From assembly GCF_009834535.1 (NCBI RefSeq), contig NC_045696.1, positions 102,984,001-103,048,000 on the forward strand: DNA of 64,000 bases. Direction: 5' to 3'. Origin of the DNA: Camelus ferus. Lineage: Eukaryota. Positions within the stretch are counted from its first letter, which is position 1. Each line of letters begins with the position of its first letter. The notes under the pieces were generated by a model. That model ran no database searches. It was not told the origin of the DNA and saw nothing but the letters and a program-made list of their open reading frames with translations. A program made the position numbers and the translations under genes. Below, one piece after another: positions 51,401-61,539 of the stretch.

Positions 51401-54400
51401 AAGATGTGGAATATAGTGTACAGGTGGAGAGAATAGCCTTAATTAAAAACAAAAACAAGTCATCTGTAGTAACGAGAGAAAGCCGAGTATATAGGCACTG
51501 ATACTGATATTGCCAGGCTGGGAGATATTAGCTTGGAAGTTGTGAAGTTCTCTTTGATTGTTTGTTTTCTCAATGAAATATGAAGCAAGGTCTACAACTG
51601 TAAGTATATTAGTGTTTTTTGTTTGTTTTTTCTTCCAGTTTTATTGGTATGTAATTGACATACAGCACTATATAACTTTAAGGTGCACAGCATAATGATT
51701 TGACTTACATGCATTATGAAATGATTATCGCAGTAAGCTTAGTGAAAATCCATCATCTCATGTAGATACAGAATTAAGTTTTAAAAAAGATATTTTTCCA
51801 TGTGATGAGAACTCTTTAGAATTTACTCTCAACAACTTTCAGGTATAATATACAGCAGTATTAATTATATTTATCATATTGTACATTACATTACTGATAT
51901 TTATTTATAACTGGAATTTTGTACCTTTTCAATGTCTTCATCCAGTTCTCCTTCCCCTAACCCTGCGTTAGTGTTTTTAAGAGTATAAATTGTCCCAAAA
52001 CCAAAAAACTTAAAGGATTGCTGATCTGTTAAGTCTGTTATTGGAGATTGATTGCAAGGACTTCTGTAGCTAGAGTGACTTTACGAACATCAAAAGCTGG
52101 CTTCAAACAAAATTTTAATAGCATTTTAAAGTTAAATAAAAATAAATTTCGGATATTTCTGTATTTTAGCTTTCATATACTTTCTTACTTTTATTAAAAA
52201 TACTAAATGTAAGTATAAAGTGTATTTTATTGGACATTGCTTATATTTTATAATTATTAGGTATACATCTGCATATGGTCATTTTCAGTGGAATTGGAAA
52301 GAAAGAATAATACATGATGGCAGATGTAATACCCTAATATATTTGTCTTGTTTTAAAGATTGATATTAGAAAGTTTCCTCTGTATAGCACAGGGAAGTAT
52401 GTTAATATCTTGTAAGAACCTTTAATGAAAAAATATGAAAAAGAATATATGTATGTATATGCATGACTGGGACATTTTGCTGTACACTAGAAATTGACAC
52501 ATTATAACTGACTGTACTTCAATGAAATAAATAAATAAACCAACAAATAAATAAATAAAGATTGATATTAGAGACCAAGATTTTTTTGTTTTTTTTTTCT
52601 TCATCTATAAAATCCCACTTGTTTTATTTTCAGGGAAGTAAAATATAACCGTTTAATTTCTGGACTTGAGTAGCAAATTGGTCTTTAACATTTGCATCTT
52701 ATTTTCAGAATTTTAAACTCAGTATTTTATATCTAGATTTGAGATATTTTGAACTATTTTGGATTTGTAGTTACTTTCATTAAAACTCAGAAAAAGTCAA
52801 ATTTTATGAATTCTGCAAATACAGAAATTCCAGTTTTTTCCTCCAAATAGCTTTTAGTCATATATTTCAATACATGTTATGTACAGCACACAAATTTCAC
52901 GTTCAGATACTACCACAGCTTGGTGACCTTTCATAGGCCACCTAAGTAGTTTTAAGCATTGAGATGTTCACAACTAAGCAAGTTCACAACTCCAAAATTT
53001 TATAATTTTATATCTTTTTCTATGTATTTTTATAACCATACTGTATAGAATATTTATTAAAGGTTTATCTGTTTCGCTGTGGATTTACATGTGTAAAATA
53101 TGTGTTTGTAGGAGTTACTCTCTATTTATGACTGTAGAGAGATGCAGACTGATGGCTCAGGTCACCAACTGTGGAGGAGATTTCCCGAGCATGTTCGGGA
53201 AATACTGGAACCTCATCTAAATACCAGGTCTGTAGAGTCATTAAAACTATTTTCACAAAATTGTTTTCAACTTTATAAAATTAAATGTTATTTTTTGATA
53301 CAACATTTTAGCAAAGTATTTTTAGTATGTCCTAATATTTATTTTTCCACTGTGATTTATGCTTATAATCTTGTCAAAATGAGAAGTACAGTCTGCTCAT
53401 TGGTTATATTCTATAACTTTAAGTATTTAGACCAATTCATTGAAGCTGAAAGGATTGATTTTCTTTTTACTTCAACTGTCAGTAGTACTTTGAAGAAATC
53501 TACTTTAAAGTGAATATGAGTTGAAGCTTTTGATAGGTCTAATTAGTACAGAAATTTAAGAGTTTAAAGCTAGTTCCAAAGCCATTAGTAATCCCAATTA
53601 GGGAGTAGAGATTTTTCAGCCATACCAGTTTCTCCTCATGAAAATATTTTCTCCTTCTACTTTAAAAAAAGTATTTTTGAACTTTTTTTCAATTTTAATA
53701 ACTTTGCTAGAACTGATTAAAGTCCATAAATTATGGCCATGAAGTTAGAAACTTTAATTTTAGGTAGCCTAAGTCACAGGCTTATTAAATATGCGAACTT
53801 GGGTAAATTACTTTAGTTTTTGAGCCTTAGTACAGTACCTACACTCATAGTAAAATATTTTATAAAAACCCTTAAGTATGCTTACTTACTTGCTAGATAC
53901 CTTTTTATATTTAGAAACCTTTTAAATATTTTATTTCTTATGAATAGCATTATTTAAAGATACATTTTATTAAAATAAAGTATAGGTTTTTTCTTTTTTG
54001 AAGACTTCATATTTCTCTATTTCTTTATTCTGTATTTTATAACATATATAAATACTTAAGAGATTCTGTGACCTAGTGACAAGTTTATGGCTTTTAGGGT
54101 CATGTAGACCTAAAGTTGAATCTTGGCTCTGCATTTCCTAGCTCTGAAGTCTTGGGCAAGTGTTTTTAAATATTTCCAAGTCTTAGTTTTTTCATCTTGA
54201 AAATGTGGATAGTTTTACTTACCTTATGTGATCATTGTTAGGAATAAAGAAGGTAATATAAAAAAGTACCTAGCAGAGGCCTAACATTTGATTTATACTC
54301 AGTAATAAATGCTTATTCAATCTCAGCTTGTTGAATTAATTCCTTGCATTTTTTGGAAGGGGTGGGATGACTATACCCTACTTCACATGAAATAGAAGCC

Positions 54401-57400
54401 AACATTTCTGCCTATTTGTTATTCAATTTAATATTTCATAAGAAGCCAAAATTTTCTGCCAACTTATTCTTTCATAAGAAGAACATGGTCATTTATAAGA
54501 GTGATCTTAGAAAAGCTATGAGAATTCTTATGATCCTTCTACTTTTATATCTGACAGTTTGCAGGAACCTCTGAGATGGTCCCAAAATGGTAGAAGTTAG
54601 ATTTATTTAGCTGGGATCTGCTCATTGAAATCGCTGCCTCATAAATATGAGGTTACTAGAGGGCAGTATTACTGGAATTGATCCACTTTTGTATGAAACA
54701 CCGAGATACCAGGCTAGCCAATAGGGCAGTTTTATAGCTTGGACTGCTTGAAATTTGCCCCAGGAGGCTCACGGGAAATAAATTTCCTAAAAACACATTC
54801 TTATTTTTGCTGCTGAATGTTATACTCCTATACTCTCTTTAATTTTTTTTCACTTGGGCTATTTAAATGCAGTCACTAAACCTGGATGAAAGGATGGCTA
54901 TGTTTGGGAGATTTGATCTTTAGAATTAGATAGATCAACTACAGTTTAAAGTTGCCACAGAAATAATTTTAGAAGAAATATCAAGATGTGTCTCAGCAGA
55001 ACCTGACTTGTACCCCAATATCAGTAGTTTTCTAGCTAAGTTCACCATAAAACATGGTAAAATGATCTAGAGATTATACTCATGGTGATTCAAAATAGTG
55101 ATGGTTAACTGAGAGATTATTGGATTTTTCAGTTGTCAGCAATTTGGAATATAGTGAAATACATGTTTGCTGAGACCCTTGAGTATCGGACATTAATTAT
55201 GTGTGTCATTTTCTAATCTTACATTGGTGACTATAAAGGAACCCACTCCCCAAAAAATTGCTATACATGTGTGTAAGATGAGAGCTATTTTAATATGATT
55301 AAATGTTAGTGCTGAGGAGCAAATAGAAAGGATCATGTTGAAGTTATGGAAGACAGAAGTGGTAATTGGTATAATAAGGACACTGAGGAGCATCCAGAAC
55401 GGTAGCCATGTGGGACTACACTAGAGGAAGTGAAATCTCTTTCTCTGTGATAGGGGAGGATAAAATGATGGATGGAGCTTAACTAAATTTATAGATTTAG
55501 TTGTGGAATTGTGTTAATGGTTTCTTTTTTCTTCCATGAGGTAAGAGGTATGGGAGATAAGATTATTGGCTGAAAGTGGCAATGGAGTTGGTCCAGGTGA
55601 TTTGAGGAGAATAGTGATGATATGAAATAGCCACTGTGGAAAACAGAAGAGAAAGCTGATAAGGGAAAATTAGAAGGATTTCTGAGCAGCACTGAGGTTG
55701 AAAACTAAGATATATAGTAGTACTAACCTCATAAGCAATTTAGTGGTTTTCCTCCATCAATGCAGTGGCCTAGATATCATTTCAGAGAAGGCAGGCATTT
55801 AGATTGATCCAAGCTTGGGATGTTGGCAGATGGGTACAGCTAGTGAAGACACTGTGGCAGTGGAACAGGTAAAGGATATTACCAATGAGTGCTTGAAGTG
55901 AAGGACCATGGAGACCAAGCTGGTTAGGGAAAGAGGTAATGAAAGGAAGGTATTACAGATATGTTAGAGTAACTGGGTGAAAGAACTGGAACTTTGGGAA
56001 ACCGTGGCCATAAAGTAAGGCTTAATAATACCTTTTGGAATTGAAGAACTTTCTCTGTATTAACAAGAAAGTCCCAATAAAGAAGTAGAGGAGAAAGTCA
56101 TTGAAAGGTTTTCAGTTTAACTAGATGATCCAGCCAGACATTGAAGTCACTCAGGATGATAAATAAGACTTGGGGAAGAAAGAAAACACTGAACCGTCAG
56201 TGAGTTTGGTAATCAGTGATTTTGTTAGATGCCTATAATGAGGAGTAGAGAACAGTATATATCTCTGGGTAACTCTAACCTCAAAAACAGGCCTTTCTCA
56301 GGATAGAGTTGGAAGGATCTGAAAGGAGCATTGAGGGAGAGAGGAGGCAGACTCAAATCCTTTGAAGGACTTGGAGTTTGCAAGAGTGACTTCCTACTCC
56401 TCCATTAGTAAGGCTCTCGGGAAAGTGGTGTCTTTAGCCAGATTTCAGTAAAGGCAAGGCAGTAGTGGGGTAGTCAGTGAATGAGTTGATGCAGTTTCTT
56501 ATACTTTGTTTACTAAAGTTCTAAACAGATAGATATATATTTATGTCTTTTTTAATTAACACAATTTTTAAATTATAGGTATAAGAGTTCCCAGAAGTCA
56601 ACAGATTGGTCTGGAGTAAAGAAACCAATTTACTTAAGTAAATTAGGTAATAACTTTGCAGAATGGTCAGCATCTTGGGCAGGTTATCTTATAACAAAGG
56701 TAAGAGAACTCTGTTCAGATTTTAACTGAACAGAAATTGTAAAGGAAATGAGAGCATCTCTCTGAATGCATAGCACACACAGTGAACATTGAATCATTTG
56801 TGCTGATAGTTTTAGAAATTTTTACAGAAAATATTTACTACTCTCAATCTCTCTGTTGTTAGTAAGTTTCTGAGTAAGGACGGTAATTGTTTTATCAAGC
56901 AAATCGCTGGTCTTAATGTGTTTATAGAATATTTCTTACATTATGTCTGTTTATTTTCCATTGTAAAATAGTACTGTTTAAAGGATGTAAATGCTTTATC
57001 AAACATTTTTGCATAATAAAAAGATTTCTTATGTAATAAAAAAATACATTATCCTTTAGTGGCTACCTCTAAAAGAAGATGCATTATGTGAGCTTCCTCC
57101 AAAATAAGAATAAAGGTTTTTTTAAATGATATTTCATGGAAAACTAGAGGTATCTGATGTGTTCCTAATAGGAAATTTTTACATACCTGACAGACAGAAA
57201 GCTACTCTTGTGTTCCCAAAACATGTTTAAGACACATTTAAAATTTACAATTTTTGTTTTTAATTCACATGTGTTAATTAAAATATTATTTAATAATTAG
57301 TACCTAATCATTTCAAAAAAGTTTCTCTCATTTCATAATGAACATACTGAAAACATAATATGTGAAATGTAGAATACTGTTAATACTTTCAGCTGTGGAA

Positions 57401-60400
57401 TATTTTATTTAGTTCTAGTTTAATTTTCTTTTTTTTTTTTTTTTGTTTAGTGAAGGGTTTATATTTGAAGACGGAAAAACCTTTAAAATTTTATAAGAAC
57501 AGTAATGTTGGTAAATTGAAGGTTAGATCATACCAGTAAAATCTGACTCTAAACCCAAATAATTTAATTTTTTATTTCTTTAAGTTTTTTTCCTCCTAGT
57601 TAATCACCGTTTATTACTTATTAAAATCATGTATCATGTACTTAATGTGCTGACCTAGAGCTTACTTTTTGGTTACTTTTCTCATCTGTGTGCTTAGGGA
57701 ATAAATATAATAAATTTAATGTTAGCTAAGTAAAATATAGTGTAATTAGGGAAGTTAATCTGTAACAAAACGTGATGCATTTTTAAATGAACTGTAAAGG
57801 GGAAAAGACCGTTTTTGCTGAGGCAGTTGGCAGCCTAGGTAGCTACATTGCCTGTAGTGGTCTCAGGCTCTTGACCAGAGGTGGTGATCTGGAATCCTCC
57901 CTGCTGAGTGCTTCTCTCCGTGAGAGAATACTCACTCTGCAGGGATAAACTGGCTCGCATGTGTTTTTTTCTAGCATTAATCAAAAGAATACAATATATA
58001 TAACTGCTGGCTCTTTCTAAATCATTACAGGTTCGACATGATCTTGCCAGTAAAATCTTCACCTGCTGTAGCATTATGATGAAGCATGATTTCAAGGTGA
58101 CCATCTATCTTCTTCCACATATTCTAGTGTATGTCTTGTTGGGTTGTAATCAAGAAGATCAACAGGAGGTGAGAAATACCATTTTATTTGGTTTCTGTTT
58201 GTGCAAACATTTGTCCATGTAATTACATATTAGGGAATGTAGGTCAATGTATACCATGTATGTTCATATCTAAATGCTTATAAATCATTTTAAAAACTTT
58301 TATCAAAGAATTATATAATGCTTAGTTCATATCTTTTACCTATTTGGAGTTGTGTATGTATATGTATCCTTTTTAAATAATTGGTAAGAATTCTGTATGC
58401 ATTCTGGATCCCAGTTTGTACTAATCATATCTTAGAAAAGAAAAGTTTTTCTAGTTAGTGGTTTTCTTTTTAACCTTTGTTTATGCCTTTTGCCATGCAG
58501 AAATGTTAAATATAAATGCCAAATTTTATATCTTTTATAACATTTGAATTTTAAGCCTTTTATATGAAGTCTTCACTTATTCAATATTAGTGAACATGTT
58601 TTCCTACATTTTTGATTCTTTTGTTTTTACATTTAACCTTTCAATTACTTGGAAAATAATTTTTGCAGATACTCTGAGATATTGTTTTAAGTTTTGATTT
58701 CTACTAGTTAACAAATAGTTTCATTATCATTTATTGAATAATCTGGAAGAATTTTTTAAAATTTATTTTTGTGACTTACAGTAGATTTTCTTTTCAGAGA
58801 GACATTTTATTGGCTTAATTATAGATAAGAAAGATAATTTATTATTAATCCACAGTGGGTTTTTTCCCTTTTGAAATTGTTGCCTTAGAGAGATTAGTCT
58901 TATATGTCAGATAATAGTAAAATGATATTACATAGACATATTATTAACCACAAAATGGTTCTTCTTAGGTTTATGCAGAAATTATGGCAGTTCTAAAGCA
59001 TGATGATCAGCATACCATAGGTACTCAGGACAGTGCCTCTGATCTGTGTCAACTCAGTACACAGACTGTGTTCTCTATGCTTGACCATCTCACACAGTGG
59101 GCAAGGCACAAATTTCAGGCACTGAATGCTGAAAAATTTCCACAAAACAAATCAAACAGAAATAAGGTAGACTCAGTGGGTAAGTCATAACTTCTGTTTA
59201 TTTCCTTCTCTTAATTATTAACCAATTAGCTCCTTTTTGTATCAATTCTGTAATTTAAGCATTATCTTTTAAATGACCTATATTTTCTTGCACTTTTTTT
59301 TTCTTAAGATGCCTTTTCACTGAGAAAAAGCAGTGAATTTATAGTTAGAAAATCTCTCTTTGAAAAACACATACCTAATTTTTCTTTGCATAGAATAGTG
59401 CTACTATTATCTCTCTTAGAAGATTGAGGAATAAATGGGATGATGAACATATAAACTGTAGAATGTGAAATGAATGCCATGTTAATATTGTTAGTAACTA
59501 ACCCCTCACTGTTAACCGTTTTTTAATGTCCCCTCAGTGTACTGTGTGTGTAACATACCTGTGCATTTACATGTATACATATGTGTGTGTGTGTGTGTGT
59601 GTGAAGTGCTCTTTATTCTATTTCACTTATGAAATATTCTTTGCAGTCTTTTTCACATTTAAGTTTTAAATTTCAGAAGAGATTTTAATTTCATTCATTT
59701 CATGGCCGATTTTTTTCCATTTTTTATTCATTTCATTCTTTTTATTCTTTCTTCCCCCTGTCTCTGGTAGTGTTTGGTATCCAGCAGTTTCTCCAAATAT
59801 GCTTAATGTATGTTACTACAGTACACCCTGCTATACCTACTGCTATTTTTTCCCTGTGATATTACAACGCCCACTAAGATGATTAAAAGAAGAATCTCAT
59901 TAGAGTTTAAAATGACACTTGCCCCTATAATATGAGCATTTGGTGAGAAGAATTATATTCATCAGACAATAATGGATACTCTTAATGTCTTTGAACTTTT
60001 ATGTTTTTCATTCTTTCAGCAAGTTAGTAAAGTATATGATCCTTCTGCTTCTGTGTACCTCAGCCATTTTAATGGACATCGCATGATTTTCCCCCAAGGC
60101 TTTCGAGGCTAATTGAAAAAACTAAGATCTTTAAAGAGGCCTTTACTTACACTAAGTTCTCAGTTTGTGAGCTTTCCTCTTGTTTCTGTATCAGTGGAAG
60201 ACAATACATTCTTATTGTTAAGCATGATGGTTTGTTATTTTTATAAGATTTTTTTTGACTTGTGAATAATTATCTGCTTAGGAGAGTATTTTTCTCTGGA
60301 ATATAACTATTAATATACTTTACATCAATTCAGCAATTAAATGTTTGGTTTTGTTTCTGCATATAAAAATGGTACCAAAAAACCAAACACAAATTCTGTT

Positions 60401-61482
60401 ATTACCATTTCTTACTAACATGGTAATGAAAATTCTAGCTTTTAAGAATAACATTTGTAATGATCTAAGTACAATACCTTTAACATTTCTCATAATTTGA
60501 AATGATATACAAATTTTGAAGGAAGTAAGAAACTTATTTTAAATACAATTTCTTTTAAATTTACTATCTTGATTATGAAATTTATTGTTTCCTGTTTTCT
60601 ACATGCTGTTATGCATCATTATTAAAATTTCTAAGTTTTAAGTAAGAATTCTTAAATTGGGCTGTGCAGAATTTTCCCATTTATGTCTATTCTTAGACTC
60701 TTTCAAAAATTACCATTTTAAAGTATTCGTGATTTTCCTTGAAAAGCAATTTTACTTTCTATTTCCATTGTAATGGTTAATATGTTACATATGGTAATAC
60801 AGGAGAAAAATAAGAATGTTAACAAAAAATTCTAAGCTTTAAAATTTAAAAGGCTATTTCCATAATTCTGCTTTTTTCTACTAATAGCTATACTTTATCA
60901 GTGTTTTTATAGTTATCAATAATAAATACCTCATCTTTGTATCTTTTATATCATCTTTATATCTTCTCAACATTTAATATAAATTTACATTTAATCCTCA
61001 CAAAAACATTGTAAGGAGGGCAAGACAGATACTAATACTTCCCTTTTATAAATGAGGAATAAAAAGCTCAAATAAGTTAAATGACTGTTCAAGGTAAGGT
61101 AAGTAATAATGGTGCTGTTGGAGCAAGAATCCTCTGAGCAATCATCTTCTTGATAGTTACATCCTAAATATGATACCCTAATACATTTAGATTAATTTAT
61201 TTAGTGAACTAAATTTTAAATAAATAAATAAAAATTTAAATGGATACTTAAAAATTTTCATCTTATAAGTCTTTAATCACTCAATTATCTTTTTATAATC
61301 TAGTATCTACTGTGGATTATGAAGACTATCAGAGTGTAACTCGTTTTCTAGACCTAATACCTCAGAATACTCTGGCAGTAGCTTCCTTTCGCTCCAAAGC
61401 ATACACTCGAGCTGTAATGCACTTTGAATCATTTATTACAGAAAAGAAGCAAAATATTCAAGAGCATCTTGGATTTTTACAG
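15099..61482 (+). CDS. ATR: ATR serine/threonine kinase (PIKK family), spliced CDS exons 1-28, 3'-incomplete (continues past the window end)
   Basis: 28 GT-AG-bounded exons join in frame to [27 protein letters not shown]...[13 protein letters not shown], matching recalled mammalian ATR (HEAT-repeat region, UME domain, start of FAT domain). Exon lengths match the recalled human gene except exon 3 (+9 nt). Confidence 0.99.
16340..16960 (+). repeat. L2 fragment
   Basis: atccatcagcaagtcttgtc...actcctctgctcaaagcctcc...cttagaataaaatcca. Confidence 0.7.
18390..18648. mobile_element. MER3-like hAT-Charlie element
   Basis: aatgtggctactagaaaaattaaaatt...cattatatttctgttggccagtactg. Confidence 0.6.
19900..21004 (+). 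mobile_element. Old L1 (L1MB-like): end of ORF2 plus 3'UTR, in ATR intron 1
   Basis: tggatcaaagacctaaacataaaagctaaaactataaaac...aatgtacttaatgctacagaactatacacttaaaatggttaaaatggtaaattttatg; no intact ORF. Confidence 0.85.
22357..22672. mobile_element. MER33-like hAT-Charlie element
   Basis: cagcactgttcaatagaac ... ggctaccatattggacagtgc; the ends are inverted-repeat-like. Confidence 0.7.
22902..22993 (+). CDS. ATR: ATR exon 2 ([30 protein letters not shown])
   Basis: ttttag| ... |gtaaga; 92 nt. Confidence 0.97.
24062..24211 (+). CDS. ATR: ATR exon 3 ([12 protein letters not shown]...[10 protein letters not shown])
   Basis: ttttag| ... |gtacgt; 150 nt; inside ORF 24028..24255. Confidence 0.96.
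24496..24701. mobile_element. MER58A-like hAT-Charlie element
   Basis: caggcattagcagacta ... aagcctaaaatatttcctatctagccctgtaagaacaagtttgctgactcctg. Confidence 0.65.
25691..26568 (+). CDS. ATR: ATR exon 4 ([16 protein letters not shown]...GVQINAE)
   Basis: ttcaaag| ... |gtaagt; 878 nt; ORF 25750..26583. Confidence 0.97.
27395..27573 (+). CDS. ATR: ATR exon 5 ([11 protein letters not shown]...SPKRRRLSS...QTE)
   Basis: tctcag| ... |gtatga; 179 nt. Confidence 0.96.
28054..28245 (+). CDS. ATR: ATR exon 6 ([19 protein letters not shown]...HQNMD)
   Basis: tttcag| ... |gtaaaa; 192 nt. Confidence 0.96.
29259..29449 (+). CDS. ATR: ATR exon 7 ([25 protein letters not shown]...LIYIQ)
   Basis: ctgcag| ... 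|gtgagt; 191 nt. Confidence 0.95.
29926..30078 (+). CDS. ATR: ATR exon 8 ([20 protein letters not shown]...ISDSY)
   Basis: ctgtag| ... |gtaagt; 153 nt. Confidence 0.96.
30667..30859 (+). CDS. ATR: ATR exon 9 ([17 protein letters not shown]...RVPKIL)
   Basis: tttcag| ... at|gtatgt; 193 nt. Confidence 0.95.
31089..31351 (+). CDS. ATR: ATR exon 10 ([14 protein letters not shown]...[12 protein letters not shown])
   Basis: ccccag| ... |gtgagt; 263 nt. Confidence 0.96.
32267..32457 (+). CDS. ATR: ATR exon 11 ([14 protein letters not shown]...DGFIKE)
   Basis: ctttag| ... |gttgat; 191 nt. Confidence 0.95.
32549..32649 (+). CDS. ATR: ATR exon 12 ([34 protein letters not shown])
   Basis: ttctag| ... 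|gtatat; 101 nt; preceded by a 91-nt intron. Confidence 0.96.
32843..33014 (+). CDS. ATR: ATR exon 13 ([15 protein letters not shown]...KKPICQ)
   Basis: ctttag| ... |gtgaga; 172 nt. Confidence 0.96.
33629..33799 (+). CDS. ATR: ATR exon 14 ([15 protein letters not shown]...DLNRFLT)
   Basis: ctctag| ... |gtaagt; 171 nt. Confidence 0.96.
33892..33940 (+). mobile_element. Ultra-short (49 bp) L1 3'-terminal insertion
   Basis: acacaacattgtaaactgactatacttcaataaaaa resembles the L1 termini at 3058-3090 and 52497-52525; 13-bp TSD AAAGAAAATCTGG at 33879-33891 and 33941-33953. Confidence 0.82.
35445..35639 (+). CDS. ATR: ATR exon 15 ([15 protein letters not shown]...ALHYLK)
   Basis: tttcag| ... |gtaatt; 195 nt. 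Confidence 0.96.
36330..36575 (-). repeat. MIR SINE
   Basis: ccattttatagaggcgaaaactaaggcagagagagg...acttgtccaagtcacagca. Confidence 0.75.
36909..37094 (+). CDS. ATR: ATR exon 16 ([15 protein letters not shown]...TSPELM)
   Basis: ggttag| ... |gtaagg; 186 nt. Confidence 0.96.
37530..38410 (+). repeat. L2 fragment
   Basis: gcatctcaaac...ccatcatctttctccaggacaactataaaagcctcctaactg...cctggcacagta. Confidence 0.65.
39739..39831 (+). CDS. ATR: ATR exon 17 ([31 protein letters not shown])
   Basis: ccttag| ... |gtaggt; 93 nt. Confidence 0.96.
41611..41741 (+). CDS. ATR: ATR exon 18 ([15 protein letters not shown]...FPELCC-R)
   Basis: ttacag| ... |gtaaat; 131 nt. Confidence 0.96.
43142..43285 (+). 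CDS. ATR: ATR exon 19 ([18 protein letters not shown]...LIIEN-R)
   Basis: acatag| ... |gtattg; 144 nt. Confidence 0.96.
44660..45050. mobile_element. MaLR/ERVL LTR remnant (MLT-like)
   Basis: caatctgggctgggttcagc...agaagctgccagacc...catcacacacctagcccacattgaagagg. Confidence 0.5.
45238..45331 (+). CDS. ATR: ATR exon 20 ([31 protein letters not shown])
   Basis: tattag| ... |gtattt; 94 nt. Confidence 0.96.
45651..45671 (+). repeat. Poly(A)21 in ATR intron 20
   Basis: Read directly from the sequence. Confidence 0.9.
46316..46441 (+). CDS. ATR: ATR exon 21 ([42 protein letters not shown])
   Basis: atatag| ... |gtatat; 126 nt. Confidence 0.96.
48015..48037 (+). repeat. Poly(T)23 in ATR intron 21
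   Basis: Read directly from the sequence. Confidence 0.9.
48868..49074 (+). CDS. ATR: ATR exon 22 ([15 protein letters not shown]...GKDFTFV)
   Basis: ttttag| ... |gtaagt; 207 nt. Confidence 0.96.
49780..49893 (+). CDS. ATR: ATR exon 23 ([38 protein letters not shown])
   Basis: attgag| (GAG acceptor) ... |gtaaga; 114 nt. Confidence 0.92.
50790..51600 (-). repeat. L2 fragment
   Basis: gaaggtcattagtgaccttgacaagagtagtttcagtggag. Confidence 0.7.
51620..51967 (-). mobile_element. L1 3'UTR (Laurasiatherian L1MA9-like), truncated
   Basis: ttccagttttattggtatgtaattgacatacagcac...; homologous to 10070-10700; TSD TTAGTGTTTTT at 51609-51619 and 51968-51978. Confidence 0.8.
52371..52555 (+). mobile_element. 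5'-truncated young L1 3' end
   Basis: ctgtatagcacaggga...tgctgtacactagaaattgacacattataactgactgtacttcaat plus (AAAT)n tail; perfect direct repeat TAAAGATTGATATTAGA at 52354-52370 and 52556-52572. Confidence 0.88.
53112..53227 (+). CDS. ATR: ATR exon 24 ([39 protein letters not shown])
   Basis: ttgtag| ... ag|gtctgt; 116 nt. Confidence 0.95.
54090..54320 (+). repeat. MIR SINE
   Basis: gaatcttggctctgcatttcctagctctgaagtcttgggcaagt. Confidence 0.7.
56579..56699 (+). CDS. ATR: ATR exon 25 ([21 protein letters not shown]...GYLITK)
   Basis: ttatag| ... |gtaaga; 121 nt. Confidence 0.96.
58031..58168 (+). CDS. ATR: ATR exon 26 ([21 protein letters not shown]...QEDQQE)
   Basis: ttacag| ... |gtgaga; 138 nt. 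Confidence 0.96.
58969..59179 (+). CDS. ATR: ATR exon 27 ([15 protein letters not shown]...NKVDSV)
   Basis: tcttag| ... |gtaagt; 211 nt. Confidence 0.96.
59582..59603 (+). repeat. (TG)11 microsatellite
   Basis: Read directly from the sequence; a similar (TG)n lies at about 42894-42911. Confidence 0.9.
61304..61482 (+). CDS. ATR: ATR exon 28 ([19 protein letters not shown]...EHLGFLQ)
   Basis: atctag| ... |gtttga; 179 nt. Confidence 0.96.
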
Positions 61483-61539
61483 GTTTGACATTAATTAAAC
61501 CTAATAACGATATTTAATATTGCTTGTCTTTTATGTTTA

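Noticed and set aside
57911..57928. Canonical iron-responsive element
   Set aside because: There are six rather than five base pairs between the bulged C and the loop, the loop is not CAGUGN, and the location is intronic. Kept only as a generic hairpin finding.
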